Part shown: positions 38,968 to 49,628 of the stretch, one piece after another
How the letters are laid out: each line of letters starts with the position of its first letter
Position numbering within the stretch: position 1 is the first letter of the stretch
From: a virus
Lineage: Duplodnaviria > Heunggongvirae > Uroviricota > Caudoviricetes
IMG/VR virus record: IMGVR_UViG_2778260992_000001
Strand: one strand, 5' to 3'
DNA: 64,000 nt
The notes under the pieces: model-generated
Databases searched by the model: none
What the model saw: only the letters and a program-made list of their open reading frames with translations
What the model was told of the DNA's origin: nothing
Program-made: the position numbers and the translations under genes

Positions 38968-41900
38968 ATGGAACAGTTCAAGAAGAAAAAGCTACCGCTG
39001 TTTATTGCCGGTGCGGGTGGTAAAAAAAGCAGCAAAAGCTCCAGCCGTACACCGGTTGAAGCCGACGATACCGTAAATTCTCGTGCAATGGCCGCTATCC
39101 TCGATCTTCTTGGGGAAGGGGTAATTGGCGGCTTAGTAAATGGCGCAAGATCTATTTTTATCGACGATCTGCCGATTGTAAATGAAGACGGTTCCTCCAA
39201 CTTCAGCGGAATCACATGGGATTTTCGCGACGGTTCACAAGACCAGACTCCAATGTCTGGCTTTGATTTCGTTGAAACGCCTAAATCCGTCAATATCCAG
39301 TTAAAAAAAACACATTATGTAACGGTTTCAATCGATAACGATGAAGCTGATCGGGTTCGTGTCATCATGAAGTTTCCTTCTTTGCGAAGCATAGATAAAA
39401 AAACTGGTGACACGAACGGTACGACTGTTGAGTACAAGTTCCAGATAGCAAATGGCGACTCAACATTTGTAGATGTGGTCGCTGAAGGTGAAAAAAGCGT
39501 TGGCATTAAGCTAACAGCAAAGAAGACCGGCGTTTATTACCGTAGCTATGAGCTGAAGCTGCCTAAGCCTGGACGAGCATACAAGGTTCGTGTGGTCCGT
39601 ATTACCGATGATAACAGTAGCCAGTATCTCTATAACGATACATGGGTGGATTCAATCGGGGAAATTGTCGATACACCGATGAACTATCCAAACTCTGTTT
39701 TGGTTGGATTGAAGGTAAACTCTGAGCAATTCGGCAGCACCATGCCATCTCGCTCTTATCTGGTGCGTGGCCTAAAAATTCGAGTACCTTCAAACTATAA
39801 CGAGTCCAGTAACACTTACGCTGGGGTATGGGATGGCACTTTTAAGCTGTTGTCTTCTTCGAACCCCGCGTGGATTCTCTTTGATTTGCTGACCAATGCT
39901 CGATATGGCCTTGGTCAGTATGTGTCGGAATCTATGATTGACCTTGGCCAGTTGTACCAGATTGGTCGATATTGTGACGAAGAGGTCGATGATGGCTTTG
40001 GTGGCAAAGAGAAACGCTTTGCAATCAATACGCAGATCACCAGTCGACAGGACGCATACCGGCTAATTCAGGATATTGCCGGAGCATTCCGCGGCATGGT
40101 GTTTTGGGCTGGTGGGATGGTTAACATCATGCAGGATAGCCCATCAGATCCGGTAATGATGTTTACCAACTCTAACGTCAAAGATGGATTGTTTACCTAT
40201 AAAGGTTCTGCGCGTAAAGATCGCCCATCCGTTGCGCTCGTAACCTACAACAACAAGGAGGACGGTTATAAGCAAAACATCGAGTACGTCGAAGATCAGG
40301 ACGCAATGCGCCGTTATGGTGAGCGTAAAACAGAAGTCGTAGCATTTGGCTGTACAAGCCGAGGGCAGGCTCACCGAGTTGGTTTGTGGCTTTTATATAC
40401 CTCCAGAATGGAGTCGGATGTAATTACATTTACTGCCGGCTTAGACGCGTCATTTCTGATGCCTGGTGAAACCGTTCTGATTCAGAACAAATATCGCGCA
40501 GGCAAACGTAACTCAGGTCGAATTGTGGCGTTTACCAAAAACAGCGTCACACTCGATGCGCCTGTGTCGTTAGCCAAAGGCGGCTGCTTTATTCGAATAC
40601 TGAATCAGGAAGGCAAAATCGTTGAACGCGATGTTCTTGAAACTGGCGAAAATATAACAAAAGTTACGTTTTCAAAAGCCCTGTCTTCGGCTGAAACGCC
40701 TGTTTTGAACGGCGTCTGGACTATTACAGAACCAGACCTCGAACCTATGCGCGTTCGCATCGTTAACATCGCGCAGGGGGAAACGCCGGGTAGCTTTGAC
40801 ATCACCGCTGTTGAGAACAATCCGTCTAAATATGAGGCAATCGACAATGGTGCAACGCTGATCCCGCAGAATACGACGGTATTGGACCCAACTTACTCCA
40901 AGCCATCTAATCTGCAAATCACTGAAGGGACTTATCTCTCAAGCCCGGGCAACCTGTCAGTAAAACTGACTGCAACATGGGAAGGGAAATCTCCAGAGTA
41001 TTGGATCAGTTGGCGACGTTCTGATGAAAACAATGTATCGAACTGGCAATCGGCGCGTGTAACCGAAGAGCAATACGAAATCGTTAATGTCGCGGAGAAT
41101 GGACGCTACGACTTCCAGCTGTATGCGGTTTCATTCAACGGTAAAAAAACAGAGATTATCAGTACCGTTTATCAGGTGTTGGGCACAATGACACCGCCGG
41201 ATTCCCCAACGTCATTAACGGCCGTTGGAGACTATCGTAATGTGATACTGAATTGGGTTAATCCAGATTCGGTAGACCTTGATCACATTAATGTTTACGC
41301 ATCCCAGACCAACAATCTGGATACGGCGAAACTGATCGCAGAGTCTGCAAGCACCACCTTTACACATGCTGGTCTTGGGGATAGCGAAACGTGGTATTAC
41401 TGGGTTCGAGCATCGAACAAGCGAGGTATGTTAAGTCCTCCGAACTCAAACTTGGGTACAGAGGCGACAACTCGCGATGTACTGTCGTTCCTGACTGGCA
41501 AAATTACATCTTCCGAGCTTGGTCAGGCTCTGCTTGAGGACATCAACAGCAAAGCCTCTCAAGAAGCAGTTGACGAGTTAAATGAGCATATCAACCAGAG
41601 CGTCGAATCTTTGGAGGGGGCGGTAAACGACGTTAAGGAAGATATAGCTGAATTAGATAAGCAGTTCAGCGATAACCTCGCGGATTTTGAAATAAAATTC
41701 AACGAGCGTAGCGATGCTTTGGAGAACGCACAAACCGAGCTTAAAGGTGAGGTTTCGGCAACGATCGACAAGGTCAATGAAGCGTTTGAAAAAATTGATG
41801 CTACTGATGCTGCAATTGTTGAAATCGAAAACACCGTATCTGAACACGATAAAGCTCTCGCTAATACAGTCGAGGCAATAAAGGCTGCAAGAGATGAAGC

Positions 41901-43695
41901 GGCGGCTCTTATTGCTAAGGAAAGCGAGGCTCGTGTTGAAGGCGATGCTGCAAACGCTAAACAACTGGAAGTGTTGCAGTCAACGGTAGAGGAAAGCTCC
42001 GCTGCCGTTGAAGAAATGAAAAAGACGGTTGCAGAGGTCGATCGTGCCAGTGCAGAACTGACTACGAACATTGAGGCGTTAGCCAAAACAAATATTGACC
42101 TGGCTCTTCGTCAAGATGAAGACCAGCACAAGCAGATGGTCAATAACGCGAAGATCGCAACAACACAGAAAACCTTTGCTGATGATATGTCTGCAATGGC
42201 CACGAAGGTTGAGGAAATTCGCGTAGAAATTGGCGAAGACATTAAGGCCAGTATTCTGGAAGAGTCCACCGCTCGTGCCGATGGCGATGAAGCGTTGGCA
42301 AAGCGTGTCACTCAGCTGCAATCTAAGTTTGAAGGAGATATCAGCGCGGCGATTAGTACAGAGCAGGAGGCTCGTACATCTGCCGATGAAGCTCTGACGA
42401 CACAGATCACTCAGCTTGAGTCGAAAGTAAGCAACGATATCGTCGCAGCTATTAAGGAAGAGCAAGAAGCCCGAGCAACGGAAGATTCGGCTCTGGCAAG
42501 CCAGATCACCCAACTTCAGGCAAAGGTTGATGATGATATTTCTGCTGCAATACGTAGTGAGCAGGAGGCCCGAGCAAGCGGGGACTCTGCGTTAGCCAAA
42601 CAAATAAACCAGCTTCAGTCAAAGGTTGACGGTGATATATCCGCTGCCATCACTCAGGAGCAGGAGGCCAGAGCAAGTGCTGACCAGGCGCTCTCACGAG
42701 AAATTAACAGCCTGCGAGCACAAACCGGAACTGATATTGCCGCAGCGGTTGCTGTAGAGACAAAAGCAAGGACTGATGCCGATAGTGCATTGTCTACCCA
42801 GATTACGTCTCTTACAGCAAAAGCTAATGATCTCGAGGCGTCTCTTGCCAGAGAAACAACGGCTCGTGCAGATGGTGATACCGCTTTAACAAAAGAGGTT
42901 TCAAGTTTAAAAGCACAGACAGCGAAAGATATTAGTGCGGCCGTTGCAGTTGAAACGCAGGCTCGAACTGATGCTGACTCGGCGTTGTCGTCTCAGATCA
43001 CCAAGCTGACCTCTCAATACAAAGAGGATATTAAAGCGGCTGTAGCAACCGAAACGAAAACGCGTACAGAGCAAGATGCGGCATTGGCGACTCAAATCAC
43101 AAACTTAGAGTCTCAAACAGCAGCCAACATTTCTGCGGCGGTCACAACTGAAACGACAGCGAGAACGCAGGCAGATAATGCTCTGAGTGGGCGAATCGAT
43201 ACTCTGAAAGCAGAGGTGGATGGAAATACCGCGACAATTCAACAGCAGGCAACAGCTATTGCTGATACCAACAAAAAAGTGTCAACCGCGTGGACGTTGA
43301 AAATGGAGACTTCAACGAGCGGAGGGCAGAAGTATGTTGCCGGTATTGCGCTTGGTATTGACACCACTGGGCTATCTCAGTTTTTGGTTCAGGCGGACAG
43401 GTTTGGTTTGGTCAACTCTGTCAACGGGAAGATCACCACGCCATTTGTTATCGAAAACAGTATTGCCTATATGAATGGTGCTTATATCAAGGATGGCACA
43501 ATCACCAATGCAAAGGTAGGCGATCTGCAATCTACCAATTTTGTTAGCGGTAGATCTGGATGGCGATTCGGTAAAAATGGAACGCTTGAAATAAACGGTA
43601 ATAGCGGCGGCAATGGGCGATTGGTCATTAATGGTCAGCGGATTGACGTTTATGACGATAACAACGTCCTACGAGTAAGAATTGGCCGTCTGTGA
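38968..43695 (+). CDS. central tail fibre / host specificity protein (lambda J-like)
   Basis: About 1575 aa after M-L-K-I; fibronectin-III-like middle, ten tandem coiled-coil repeats, distinct C-terminal domain. Confidence 0.85.
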   Translation: MEQFKKKKLPLFIAGAGGKKSSKSSSRTPVEADDTVNSRAMAAILDLLGEGVIGGLVNGARSIFIDDLPIVNEDGSSNFSGITWDFRDGSQDQTPMSGFDFVETPKSVNIQLKKTHYVTVSIDNDEADRVRVIMKFPSLRSIDKKTGDTNGTTVEYKFQIANGDSTFVDVVAEGEKSVGIKLTAKKTGVYYRSYELKLPKPGRAYKVRVVRITDDNSSQYLYNDTWVDSIGEIVDTPMNYPNSVLVGLKVNSEQFGSTMPSRSYLVRGLKIRVPSNYNESSNTYAGVWDGTFKLLSSSNPAWILFDLLTNARYGLGQYVSESMIDLGQLYQIGRYCDEEVDDGFGGKEKRFAINTQITSRQDAYRLIQDIAGAFRGMVFWAGGMVNIMQDSPSDPVMMFTNSNVKDGLFTYKGSARKDRPSVALVTYNNKEDGYKQNIEYVEDQDAMRRYGERKTEVVAFGCTSRGQAHRVGLWLLYTSRMESDVITFTAGLDASFLMPGETVLIQNKYRAGKRNSGRIVAFTKNSVTLDAPVSLAKGGCFIRILNQEGKIVERDVLETGENITKVTFSKALSSAETPVLNGVWTITEPDLEPMRVRIVNIAQGETPGSFDITAVENNPSKYEAIDNGATLIPQNTTVLDPTYSKPSNLQITEGTYLSSPGNLSVKLTATWEGKSPEYWISWRRSDENNVSNWQSARVTEEQYEIVNVAENGRYDFQLYAVSFNGKKTEIISTVYQVLGTMTPPDSPTSLTAVGDYRNVILNWVNPDSVDLDHINVYASQTNNLDTAKLIAESASTTFTHAGLGDSETWYYWVRASNKRGMLSPPNSNLGTEATTRDVLSFLTGKITSSELGQALLEDINSKASQEAVDELNEHINQSVESLEGAVNDVKEDIAELDKQFSDNLADFEIKFNERSDALENAQTELKGEVSATIDKVNEAFEKIDATDAAIVEIENTVSEHDKALANTVEAIKAARDEAAALIAKESEARVEGDAANAKQLEVLQSTVEESSAAVEEMKKTVAEVDRASAELTTNIEALAKTNIDLALRQDEDQHKQMVNNAKIATTQKTFADDMSAMATKVEEIRVEIGEDIKASILEESTARADGDEALAKRVTQLQSKFEGDISAAISTEQEARTSADEALTTQITQLESKVSNDIVAAIKEEQEARATEDSALASQITQLQAKVDDDISAAIRSEQEARASGDSALAKQINQLQSKVDGDISAAITQEQEARASADQALSREINSLRAQTGTDIAAAVAVETKARTDADSALSTQITSLTAKANDLEASLARETTARADGDTALTKEVSSLKAQTAKDISAAVAVETQARTDADSALSSQITKLTSQYKEDIKAAVATETKTRTEQDAALATQITNLESQTAANISAAVTTETTARTQADNALSGRIDTLKAEVDGNTATIQQQATAIADTNKKVSTAWTLKMETSTSGGQKYVAGIALGIDTTGLSQFLVQADRFGLVNSVNGKITTPFVIENSIAYMNGAYIKDGTITNAKVGDLQSTNFVSGRSGWRFGKNGTLEINGNSGGNGRLVINGQRIDVYDDNNVLRVRIGRL
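42250..43240 (+). repeat. ten tandem repeats of about 96 nt (32 aa) inside J-like gene
   Basis: Units like EEQEARATEDSALASQITQLQAKVDDDISAAIR repeated with variation. Confidence 0.8.
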
Positions 43696-43725
43696 TGGTG
43701 GAAAAAAAATTTTATATCGGTAAGA

Positions 43726-43745
43726 ATAGGTAAGTACTTACTTAA
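43726..43745. promoter_or_regulatory. class-2 palindrome (core GTAAGTACTTAC)
   Basis: ATAGGTAAGTACTTACTTAA upstream of side tail fibre gene. Confidence 0.55.
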
Positions 43746-43788
43746 TGGCGGGCAAGGATAGCCCGCCAAATCAAGGAGCATATTCAAC

Positions 43789-46700
43789 ATGTGGTACAGG
43801 GAAGGTACTATCACATTTACACAGGGTAGCAATACTCTGGTTGGGGCAGGGACAGCCTGGAACGTAACAGCTAATGGTGTGTTGCCTGGGATGATCGTCA
43901 TTGGCCCCGACAACAAGCTGTATGAGATCAAGCGCGTAACCAGTGATACGAACATTGTTCTCTCAGAACCTTATACCGGCGAAACTCAGTCTGAAGTTCC
44001 GTGCCGAATCATTACGACCTATGAAGGCGACTTAACACAGTTTAGCGCGCGCTTTACTGCACTAATGTCGCGTATGTCGGCTGATTCAAAGTCCATGCGC
44101 AGTTGGTTGACTGCTCTGGATGAGGTGACAATCGAGCGTGAAGACGGTACAGAAGTGACCGTTAAGCCGCTAATGCAGATCGTCAACGAGCACAACGAAA
44201 ACGTTGAGTGGTATAAAAATAACACTGACGCGATTGATGCTGCTGGCGACAAAGCTCGTGAGGCGGCGGCCAGTGCTGCCGCAGCAGCAGAAAGCGCCAA
44301 TACCGCTGGAGAAAAAGCCTCTCAAGCGTCTCAAAGTGCATCCGCTGCGGCATCCTCACAAAGTGCTGCAAGTGCGAGCGCAACTGCTGCGAAAAAATCT
44401 GAAACGAACGCACAAGCCGCAAAAGAAGCGGCAGCAGAATCAGCATCTGTAGCGTCGGCCAAAGCATCGGAGGCAGCAACATCTGCGTCCAGTGCCTCTG
44501 CATCTAAGGATGCAGCCAAAGCATCAGAGACTAACGCTTCATCGAGCGCAAACGCGGCAGCATCATCGGCAACAGAAGCTGCAAATTCGTCTAAGGCAGC
44601 AAAAACGTCAGAGGCAAACGCAAAAGCATCTGAAACGGCAGCCGAACAGAGTGCATCGTCTGCAAACAGTTCGAAATCTGCGGCAGAAGCGTCAGCAAGC
44701 GCAGCCTCAGCAAGTGCGGATAGTGCTTCATCAAGTGCAACAGCGGCAGGAAAATCTGCGGATAGCGCATTGTCATCAGCGACAACAGCTACCACAAAAG
44801 CGACAGAGGCGACGAGTCAGGCTACAGCTGCTAAAAATTCAGCATCTGCAGCAAAAACCTCTGAAACAAATGCAAAGACTTCAGAAGACAATGCTGCTTC
44901 CTCTAAGGCGGCAGCTGCTGAATCTGCAAGTTCTGCGTCTGCATCAGCCTCCTCAGCATCCGCTTCAAAAGATGAGGCTACCAAGCAGGCATCAGAAGCG
45001 AAGGGCAGTGCTTCAACGGCATCCACGAAAGCAACAGAGGCGGCAGGCAGTGCGACGGCTGCATCTCAGAGCAAAACTGCTGCTGAATCCGCTGCGACCC
45101 GTGCGGAAGCTGCTGCTGATCGTGCTGAAGAGATTGCCGGTGCGGTTGCGATGGAAGACGCAAGCCTTACAACTAAAGGTGTTGTGAAACTTAGCAGTGC
45201 TGTCGATAGCACCAGTGAATCGCTGGCCGCAACGCCAAAAGCAGTTAAAGCAGCCAATGACAATGCGAATAGCAGGGTGCCATCTAACCGAAAAATTAAC
45301 GGAAAAGCACTGACTGCGGATATAACATTAACGCCGAAAGATATTGGTACTTTAAATTCAGTAACGATGTCTTTCTCTGGCGGGGCTGGGTGGTTCAAAC
45401 TGGCTACGGTTACCATGCCACAAGCGAGTTCCATCGTTTACATCACATTGATTGGTGGTGCTGGATATAATGTTAACTCCCCTATGCAGGCTGGTATATC
45501 TGAACTTGTTCTTCGTGCGGGAAATGGAAATCCAAAAGGTCTTACTGGTGCGTTATGGCGAAGGACATCGGTTGGATTTACTAATTTTGCATGGGTGAAT
45601 ACATCCGGCGATACATATGATATTTATGTTGAGATTGGCAATTATGCGACGAGTGTAAATGTCCACTGGGATTGTACTGCAAATGCGTCAGTTTCTATTT
45701 ATACATCGCCAACATATTCAGCGAGTAAGCCTGCCAGCGTTACCGATGGTGTTGTTTATACGATGTATAGCTCACATCAGAAACCTACGCCATCAGATAT
45801 TGGAGCACTGCCAACAACCGGAGGAACAGTTTCTGGTCCGTTGTCTGTTACAGGCGGATTAACTGGTTCATTGAATGGTAATGCAAGTACAGCAACGAAA
45901 TTACAGACGACAAGAACTATCGGTGGAGTTGGTTTCGACGGTTCTGCCAATATTAATCTTCCAGGTGTAAACACTACGGGTAATCAGAACACCACTGGTA
46001 ATGCCGCAACTGCTACAAAACTACAGACGGCAAGAACTATCGGCGGCGTGAGCTTTGATGGTACTGCAAATATTAATTTGCCAGGTGTTAATACGACTGG
46101 TAATCAGAATACAACAGGTAATGCGGCTACTGCTACGAAGTTGCAGACTGCGCGTACTATTAATGGGGTGTCGTTTGACGGTTCGGCAAATATTTCCTTG
46201 TCACCAGCAAATATAGGTTGCCCGGCATCTCCTACTGGTTGGTTAACTACAGGAAGTAATGGCGGAGCAATAACAACAGCCCAGTTAGTGACGTTATTGC
46301 AAAATAATGGAGCCTTTAACACAAAGGCATGGATTGCTCGATGTGCGTGGGCCTATGCCAATAGCGCAACCATACCAAATAGTGAAACTGGTTGTGGCGT
46401 TATTCCATTGGCAGGAGCTGTTATAGAAGTATTTAATAACGGTAGTAGTTCAAATAATTATACGATCCGCATAACAACGGCCACAACGACAAGTGTTTCC
46501 GGTGCTCTCACTAATGCGGAGTTTATCTATGTATTTAATGGCACAGATTATTCTCCAGGATGGCGAAGAGTATATAACACGAAAAACAAACCAACTGCAT
46601 CTGACGTTGGTGCATTACCTCTTACCGGTGGTACATTATCTGGAGGTTTGACATCTTCTGGTGAGATCGTTTCAAAATATGCAAATGGTTTCCGCATTGC

Positions 46701-47817
46701 TTACGGTAGCTTTGGGTTCTTTATCCGTAATGACGGCGGCAGCACATATTTCATGCTAACAGCATCAGGAGATACGTTAGGTTCATGGAACGGCTTGCGA
46801 CCGATTACAATTAATAATACTAGCGGTGTTGTGTCTATTGGTAATGGACTAAATGTTACTGGTGGCGTAAATGGTAGTTTGAACGGTAATGCTTCAACAG
46901 CTACGAAGTTGCAAACAGCGAGAAACATCAATGGTGTTAAGTTTGATGGCTCAGGCGATATCAACATTAATACATTGGTATCTCGTGGCCGAGTTACGGC
47001 GTTAAGCGGCTCTACTCAAGGCACTGCTGGCATTCAAATGTACGAGGCGTACAACAATAGCTATCCGACCACGTATGGCAACGTATTGCACATGAAAGGT
47101 GCGAGTGCTGCTGGCGAGGGTGAGTTGCTTATTGGCTGGAGTGGTACGAGCGGTGCACATGCGCCGGTTTTCATTCGCTCCCGAAGAGATACCACTGATG
47201 CAGCATGGTCAGCGTGGGCACAGGTATATACCGCTAAGGATTCAATCCCTGGTGTGAATACAACCGGTAATCAGAACACTACTGGTAATGCTGCCACCGC
47301 CACAAAATTGCAGACAGCAAGGAAAATTGCTGGTGTGGCGTTTGATGGCTCTGCCGATATTACTTTGACTGCGGCTAACCTTAATGCCTATACGAAAACA
47401 GAGGTAACAAACCTTCTAAGTTCCTATGTGAAGAGCAGTTCTCTTCCAAGCATGACTGTGCGAACTTCCTCTGTTTCAGGTGGGGATATGGGCATGAGTT
47501 TGTCCGCATTCATTAGCCACCTTAAATCAAATGGGGCGTTTAGCAAAAGTTATTGGATTGGCTTTGGCGATGCTATGGGATTCAATGCTGGCAGTATCAA
47601 CAATATAACGGGATTTGGTGCTGTAGAATTAGCAGAATCCATAATCGAAGTTTTTAATCTACCTAATGGTGATTATACAATTCGTTTAACGACGTCACAC
47701 AAAGCTGACTACGGTGGGATTACAAACGCAATCCTCGTTTATCACTACCGCAGTAATAGAAACCCGGCAGGTCAATGGCTTAAATTTGCCGGTACTCTTG
47801 GGGCTACAAACAACTGA
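43789..47817 (+). CDS. side tail fibre protein
   Basis: 1342 aa; Ala/Ser-rich low-complexity region, repeated GNQNTTGNAATATKLQTARTIGGVSFDG units, distinct C-terminal domain. Confidence 0.8.
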   Translation: MWYREGTITFTQGSNTLVGAGTAWNVTANGVLPGMIVIGPDNKLYEIKRVTSDTNIVLSEPYTGETQSEVPCRIITTYEGDLTQFSARFTALMSRMSADSKSMRSWLTALDEVTIEREDGTEVTVKPLMQIVNEHNENVEWYKNNTDAIDAAGDKAREAAASAAAAAESANTAGEKASQASQSASAAASSQSAASASATAAKKSETNAQAAKEAAAESASVASAKASEAATSASSASASKDAAKASETNASSSANAAASSATEAANSSKAAKTSEANAKASETAAEQSASSANSSKSAAEASASAASASADSASSSATAAGKSADSALSSATTATTKATEATSQATAAKNSASAAKTSETNAKTSEDNAASSKAAAAESASSASASASSASASKDEATKQASEAKGSASTASTKATEAAGSATAASQSKTAAESAATRAEAAADRAEEIAGAVAMEDASLTTKGVVKLSSAVDSTSESLAATPKAVKAANDNANSRVPSNRKINGKALTADITLTPKDIGTLNSVTMSFSGGAGWFKLATVTMPQASSIVYITLIGGAGYNVNSPMQAGISELVLRAGNGNPKGLTGALWRRTSVGFTNFAWVNTSGDTYDIYVEIGNYATSVNVHWDCTANASVSIYTSPTYSASKPASVTDGVVYTMYSSHQKPTPSDIGALPTTGGTVSGPLSVTGGLTGSLNGNASTATKLQTTRTIGGVGFDGSANINLPGVNTTGNQNTTGNAATATKLQTARTIGGVSFDGTANINLPGVNTTGNQNTTGNAATATKLQTARTINGVSFDGSANISLSPANIGCPASPTGWLTTGSNGGAITTAQLVTLLQNNGAFNTKAWIARCAWAYANSATIPNSETGCGVIPLAGAVIEVFNNGSSSNNYTIRITTATTTSVSGALTNAEFIYVFNGTDYSPGWRRVYNTKNKPTASDVGALPLTGGTLSGGLTSSGEIVSKYANGFRIAYGSFGFFIRNDGGSTYFMLTASGDTLGSWNGLRPITINNTSGVVSIGNGLNVTGGVNGSLNGNASTATKLQTARNINGVKFDGSGDININTLVSRGRVTALSGSTQGTAGIQMYEAYNNSYPTTYGNVLHMKGASAAGEGELLIGWSGTSGAHAPVFIRSRRDTTDAAWSAWAQVYTAKDSIPGVNTTGNQNTTGNAATATKLQTARKIAGVAFDGSADITLTAANLNAYTKTEVTNLLSSYVKSSSLPSMTVRTSSVSGGDMGMSLSAFISHLKSNGAFSKSYWIGFGDAMGFNAGSINNITGFGAVELAESIIEVFNLPNGDYTIRLTTSHKADYGGITNAILVYHYRSNRNPAGQWLKFAGTLGATNN
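44220..45160 (+). repeat. Ala/Ser/Thr/Lys/Glu low-complexity coding region in tail fibre
   Basis: GCN-rich codon repeats; spawns spurious ORFs in other frames. Confidence 0.75.
45870..46200 (+). repeat. tandem tail-fibre repeat units (coding), further copies near 46875 and 47250
   Basis: Three consecutive copies of about 120 nt with near-identical protein sequence. Confidence 0.75.
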
Positions 47818-47935
47818 TTTAGGGATTATTTATATGGCTGTGTGGTTTAAAAATGCGATTTCACAGCCGCAATCATAGGGATATATTAGTGAGTTACTAG
47901 ATGCGAATATGAACAACCGTTAAACGGTATATGTA

Positions 47936-47958
47936 TAGGTAGGTAAGTATATACCTAC
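47936..47958. promoter_or_regulatory. class-2 palindrome
   Basis: TAGGTAGGTAAGTATATACCTAC upstream of lysis cassette. Confidence 0.55.
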
Positions 47959-48020
47959 AATTAAAAGGAGAAGTGTGATATAAATCCGCCATCCCGATTT
48001 GACTTTTCACGGAGGAAAAC

Positions 48021-48344
48021 ATGTCGAACGAGATGGCGGGCGTTACAACAGAGCAAGTTGAGCGTATTGCCGCGATCGTTGCTCGGGAGGTTGTTGGCAA
48101 ATTAGGCAAAGAGCTACGTGAAGAAATTGGCCAGGAGGTCAATGATCAGCTGAAAACCTACTTTGGTGATATGACCCCGGCGCAACATAGTATTCAACAC
48201 TCCAACCTGGACAAGCTCCTTAACCGGTTAGATTCCATCTCCAGTGGGTTCTTTGGCGGCATTGTTTCTAAAATAACGTCGTTCATTATTACTGCACTGC
48301 TTTTGGGGTTAGCCGCGTATGGCGTAAAAAATGGACTGCAATAA
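48021..48344 (+). CDS. holin-like membrane protein (single C-terminal TM)
   Basis: First gene of lysis cassette; one hydrophobic helix ITSFIITALLLGLAAYGV near C-terminus; function inferred from position. Confidence 0.35.
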   Translation: MSNEMAGVTTEQVERIAAIVAREVVGKLGKELREEIGQEVNDQLKTYFGDMTPAQHSIQHSNLDKLLNRLDSISSGFFGGIVSKITSFIITALLLGLAAYGVKNGLQ

Positions 48345-48357
48345 CAGGAGATCAAGG

Positions 48358-49050
48358 ATGAAGACTCCGAGAGGCATTCGTAATAATAACCCCGGTAATC
48401 TTGATAAAGGATCACCGTGGCAAGGTCTGGTTGCGAATCCAGATGAACCGCGCTTTTGCACGTTTAAAGACCCTGTTTGGGGGATTCGTGCGTTGGCGGT
48501 GACTCTAATTACCTACCACGACAAACGTCGCGCAAAAGACGGCTCAAGTATCGATACCATTCGTGAAGTTATTGAACGTTGGGCACCGCCGAATGAAAAC
48601 AACACTGACGCCTACATTAATGAGGTGTCTAAAGCCGTTGGTGTAACCGCAGACATGATCATCGATCTGCATGATTACGACATTCTTCGACCTTTGGTTG
48701 AGGCAATCATTCGCCATGAGAATGGGCGAGGTCCGCTAAAAACGCTGAACACCTGGTATGCGGCAGAAGTTATTGAGGAAGGTCTGCGTCGAGCTGGCGT
48801 CGTTAAGCCGGTGAAAACCGTGAAGGCTGTTCCTGTAACTAAAGAAACAGCAGGCGCAACTGTCACAGCAGGTATTGGTCTGGCGCAGCTGGCCGATGTT
48901 ATGCCGCAGGTTTCCGCTGCTATGGATAAAGCACAAGGTCATATCTCTAGCGGGGATACAGTACGCATCATCTTCGGTATTGCCACTATTGTTGTGGCTG
49001 GATTTATCGCCTGGTCGCAGGTAAGAAGACACCAGAAAGGGATGGTCTAA
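48358..49050 (+). CDS. putative endolysin with C-terminal membrane anchor
   Basis: Sits between holin-like gene and spanins; N-terminal RNNNPGN motif; C-terminal hydrophobic helix IIFGIATIVVAGFIAW. Confidence 0.5.
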   Translation: MKTPRGIRNNNPGNLDKGSPWQGLVANPDEPRFCTFKDPVWGIRALAVTLITYHDKRRAKDGSSIDTIREVIERWAPPNENNTDAYINEVSKAVGVTADMIIDLHDYDILRPLVEAIIRHENGRGPLKTLNTWYAAEVIEEGLRRAGVVKPVKTVKAVPVTKETAGATVTAGIGLAQLADVMPQVSAAMDKAQGHISSGDTVRIIFGIATIVVAGFIAWSQVRRHQKGMV

Positions 49051-49051
49051 T

Positions 49052-49303
49052 ATGCTAGGCAGCCTGATGACAAAGCTAAAAGTTGCTTTGATTACGCTGG
49101 CTGCCGTTCTTTTCGTTCTGGTCGGCGCTTACACGATGGGCGGAAATGCGGCGCGACGAGCAATGGAAGAGAAGGCAAAACAGGAAGACAGGAAACGACT
49201 TCAAAGCACAGTGGACGTCAAAAATGAAACACTTGATGAGTTACGGAGCAAGGATGCTTCTACTGTTCATCATGAGTTGCACAATAAGTGGTTGCGTGAT
49301 TAA
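49052..49303 (+). CDS. i-spanin (Rz-like)
   Basis: N-terminal TM LKVALITLAAVLFVLVGAY then charged helical region; overlapped by lipoprotein ORF. Confidence 0.65.
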   Translation: MLGSLMTKLKVALITLAAVLFVLVGAYTMGGNAARRAMEEKAKQEDRKRLQSTVDVKNETLDELRSKDASTVHHELHNKWLRD

Positions 49304-49454
49304 GCCTCAACCCGATGGGGTGCTTTTCTGCGATGCGGCTACACCGCTATACATCAGCCGTGATGATCTCATGACCGAAGAGACTGAAAGAGAGGTGCTT
49401 TTTCACAATATGATTGGGGAGCGATTGTGTGGATGGGGCAGAAAAGTGCCATAA
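49224..49454 (+). CDS. o-spanin (Rz1-like lipoprotein), overlapping i-spanin in another frame
   Basis: Signal peptide with lipobox ISGC; starts inside the i-spanin gene and extends beyond it. Confidence 0.6.
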   Translation: MKHLMSYGARMLLLFIMSCTISGCVIKPQPDGVLFCDAATPLYISRDDLMTEETEREVLFHNMIGERLCGWGRKVP

Positions 49455-49628
49455 CAAAAGTGGCGTTTTCTAACATAAAATTTGCATATTATTAGAGCAC
49501 AAGGTAGATTTGATGCATGGATGTCAAGTAAATCATACCTTGTTTTAATAAATCGACGCATACTCGTAGCCTCTAAACCGACAAGGTCGCCGCTATGACA
49601 TAAAGTTATTACCGGCTAAGGTGGAAAC

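Noticed and set aside
42250-43240. Possible CRISPR-like array
   Set aside because: The 96-nt periodic repeats are in frame inside the J-like gene and encode a repeated protein motif; no short direct repeats with unique spacers and no cas genes.
44019-45434. Multiple overlapping ORFs on both strands within the tail fibre Ala/Ser-rich region
   Set aside because: Frame artefacts of GCN-rich repeats inside a long, well-supported tail fibre ORF.
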